DNA from: Chrysomallon squamiferum
Lineage: Eukaryota > Animalia > Mollusca
Direction of reading: 5' to 3'
DNA: 64,000 nucleotides
NCBI GenBank assembly: GCA_012295275.1
Contig: CM022671.1
Span: 27,404,001-27,468,000 of the forward strand
Positions within the stretch are counted from its first letter, which is position 1. Each line of letters begins with the position of its first letter. The translations under genes and the position numbers were made by a program. The notes under the pieces were generated by a model. It was not told where the DNA came from. It made no database searches and saw only the letters and a program-made list of their open reading frames with translations. Shown here in pieces: positions 62,120 through 64,000 of the stretch.

Positions 62120-63195
62120 CAGAGCCGGATTAAGCAACTGCGGGGCCCGTAGCAAAACATAACATAGGCCCCTACTACTGGCTAGTTGCAAAAGTAAACG
62201 CCCACCCCCCTCAACCCACGTCCACTATTATCATACCTTTACATACAACATAAACACGACTTAATGTTTGAACAGATGCATTGTCAAGACAAAAAGAATC
62301 TTGCTAACAGTATTAAAAACCAGTGCACATGCCATTAAACTATAATATATGGTTTGTATGCCCCGAATACGTGGGTCAAAGTTTAGGCCAGTAGACAAGG
62401 GTGATTCAGACTCAGATTAAGTTTTATATCGCGCCTTCGCGATTTTGTATGAGCAGAATCTTTAATAATGGAAGTAGTGTCAACCGTTCTCAAAACTCGC
62501 ATTCAGTGCTCATCAACGTCAGCATATTTAAACGTTTTTCTTCCATCGTCGTTCTTTGTGCATTTCTTATGCGGCGCAGTTTGGAAAACGAATGCTCCTT
62601 CGTGCAGTCTGTAAACAACATACACAAATAAATGCCTAGCATTATTTCAATATTAGGAAAACATTATTGCATGTTGTGATCTCTAAAAGAGACGGTAATT
62701 GAGCAGCTCCAATGCCTCGCCGCTTGTCATCGCCGTGTTGTCCTGATCAATATCTGCATTATCTGACTGAGAAGCACTCGGATCAGTTATCATAGCCCGC
62801 TTGCCAAACTCCGTGTTGAGAAGTGCCACGAACTGTAGAAGTTCGTTTGCCAGACTGGCCTCCAAATCATTTGGATACTTGTTAATCAGAGCCATCGCCA
62901 ATTTTGACTGCTGCTCCTTGGACTTGGACCCTAAATTTCGCAAGAAGCCAAACTTGTTACTGATTTCCTCATACGCTTGAAAACGTTTCTTCAGTGTATT
63001 TGCGATAAAGCAACAAGTGACAAAACTGTTCAAAAAAGATACCTCTACACAAAACAAATACCATAGTTGTGATACCCAGCATTTTGTTTAAAAAAGAATA
63101 AAAAAAAAAAAAAAAAAAATAGTGATCCGCCGGGTTCCTGAAAGCACGGGGCTCGTAGCATTTGCTACATCTCCTACGTTGTTAATCCGGCACTG
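62120..63195 (-). mobile_element. Internally deleted hAT DNA transposon with a decayed transposase C-terminus
   Basis: TIRs CAGAGCCGGATTAA / TTAATCCGGCACTG. The minus strand at ~62480-62670 reads FPNIEIMLGIYLCMLFTDCTKEHSFSKLRRIRNAQRTTMEEKRLNMLTLMSTE (hAT dimerisation domain, ERSFSKL-like), and the adjacent ORF 62683-63057 has LKKRFQAYEEISNKFGFL. Stops are present and the TSD is degenerate. Confidence 0.85.
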
Positions 63196-63349
63196 CTTGT
63201 ATTCATTCTTCCACATAAATCGAATTTTAAATTAAGCTAACTACATGCACACTAGCTGTATAAAAATAAATAAACTGTCGTAGATGAGAAATTTCGGGCT
63301 AACGACACCTTTCAGTGCGTGTATAATAAACGTACCAACCATAAACGAA

Positions 63350-63555
63350 GGGCCGCAACTCTAAAGGCATTAATCGTTTGAATAAAATGACATCGACGAT
63401 TGCGAAATTTAATTATCATTAAACTCTGACGTAAGACATCAGAAATCTCAGATATGCATTTTTTTTTTTTTTTTTTTTTTTTTTGTGAATGGATTACGTA
63501 TTGATATCCTCCATCTATAAATTCCTTTCACAAATTGCGTTTAGAGTTGCGGCTT
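63350..63555. mobile_element. Short MITE
   Basis: TIRs GCCGCAACTCTAAA / TTTAGAGTTGCGGC, ~200 bp apart, with an internal poly-T. Confidence 0.65.
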
Positions 63556-63659
63556 TAGTGGAGGATCAATAAAACTTTCCAAACCGCTTTGAACAAAATG
63601 TTTCCATTACTACTACCACTACTACTACTATTACTGATATTAATACTGTTTTAATTTAA

Positions 63660-63692
<33 letters not shown>

Positions 63693-63872
63693 ATAACAAT
63701 AATAATAATAATAAATAAATAAATAAATAAATATAAATAAATAAAAATAAAAGTAAAATGACTGTATTTCAAGTGTACCGGTGGAAATATGAAAAAATAG
63801 CCTAATATACTCAACGTTCTCTTTGTTATGTTTTTTCTTTTCTTCATTATGGAAAAAAAATCAGACGGTTAA

Positions 63873-63944
<72 letters not shown>

Positions 63945-64000
63945 ACAAACAAAAACAAAACAAACTAACAAAGCAGCACTCATAATTAACACACAAACAC

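Overview
AT-rich, microsatellite-rich, intron-containing animal DNA; gene content and repeats suggest a mollusc (inference). I assembled exons by hand from splice signals and reading-frame phase. Left to right: (1) the 5' part of phosphatidylserine decarboxylase PISD (minus strand, runs off the left edge), with what look like two alternative N-terminal exons; (2) an intact 28-exon, ~1809-aa NWD1/NWD2-like STAND protein (acylation motif MGCxxS, DUF4062/TIR-like domain, NACHT, WD40) that needs one GC-AG intron; (3) two divergently transcribed tandem 4-exon genes for small secreted 8-Cys colipase/prokineticin-fold peptides, which the ORF track misses; (4) a Toll-like receptor with an intronless CDS, broken by a +1 frameshift in an A9 run and with Ala at the BB-loop Pro; (5) an 8-exon ASPDH whose last donor junction has been amplified into a 39-bp in-frame minisatellite; (6) three tandem ABHD1-3/ABHD15-like alpha/beta hydrolases plus a pseudogene remnant; (7) several MITEs, a hAT remnant, inverted and tandem repeats and a few structured non-coding islands. 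The most notable signals are the peptide pair and the compact immune-like block (NACHT-WD40, peptides, TLR). No homology searches were run; family calls come from recognised motifs.
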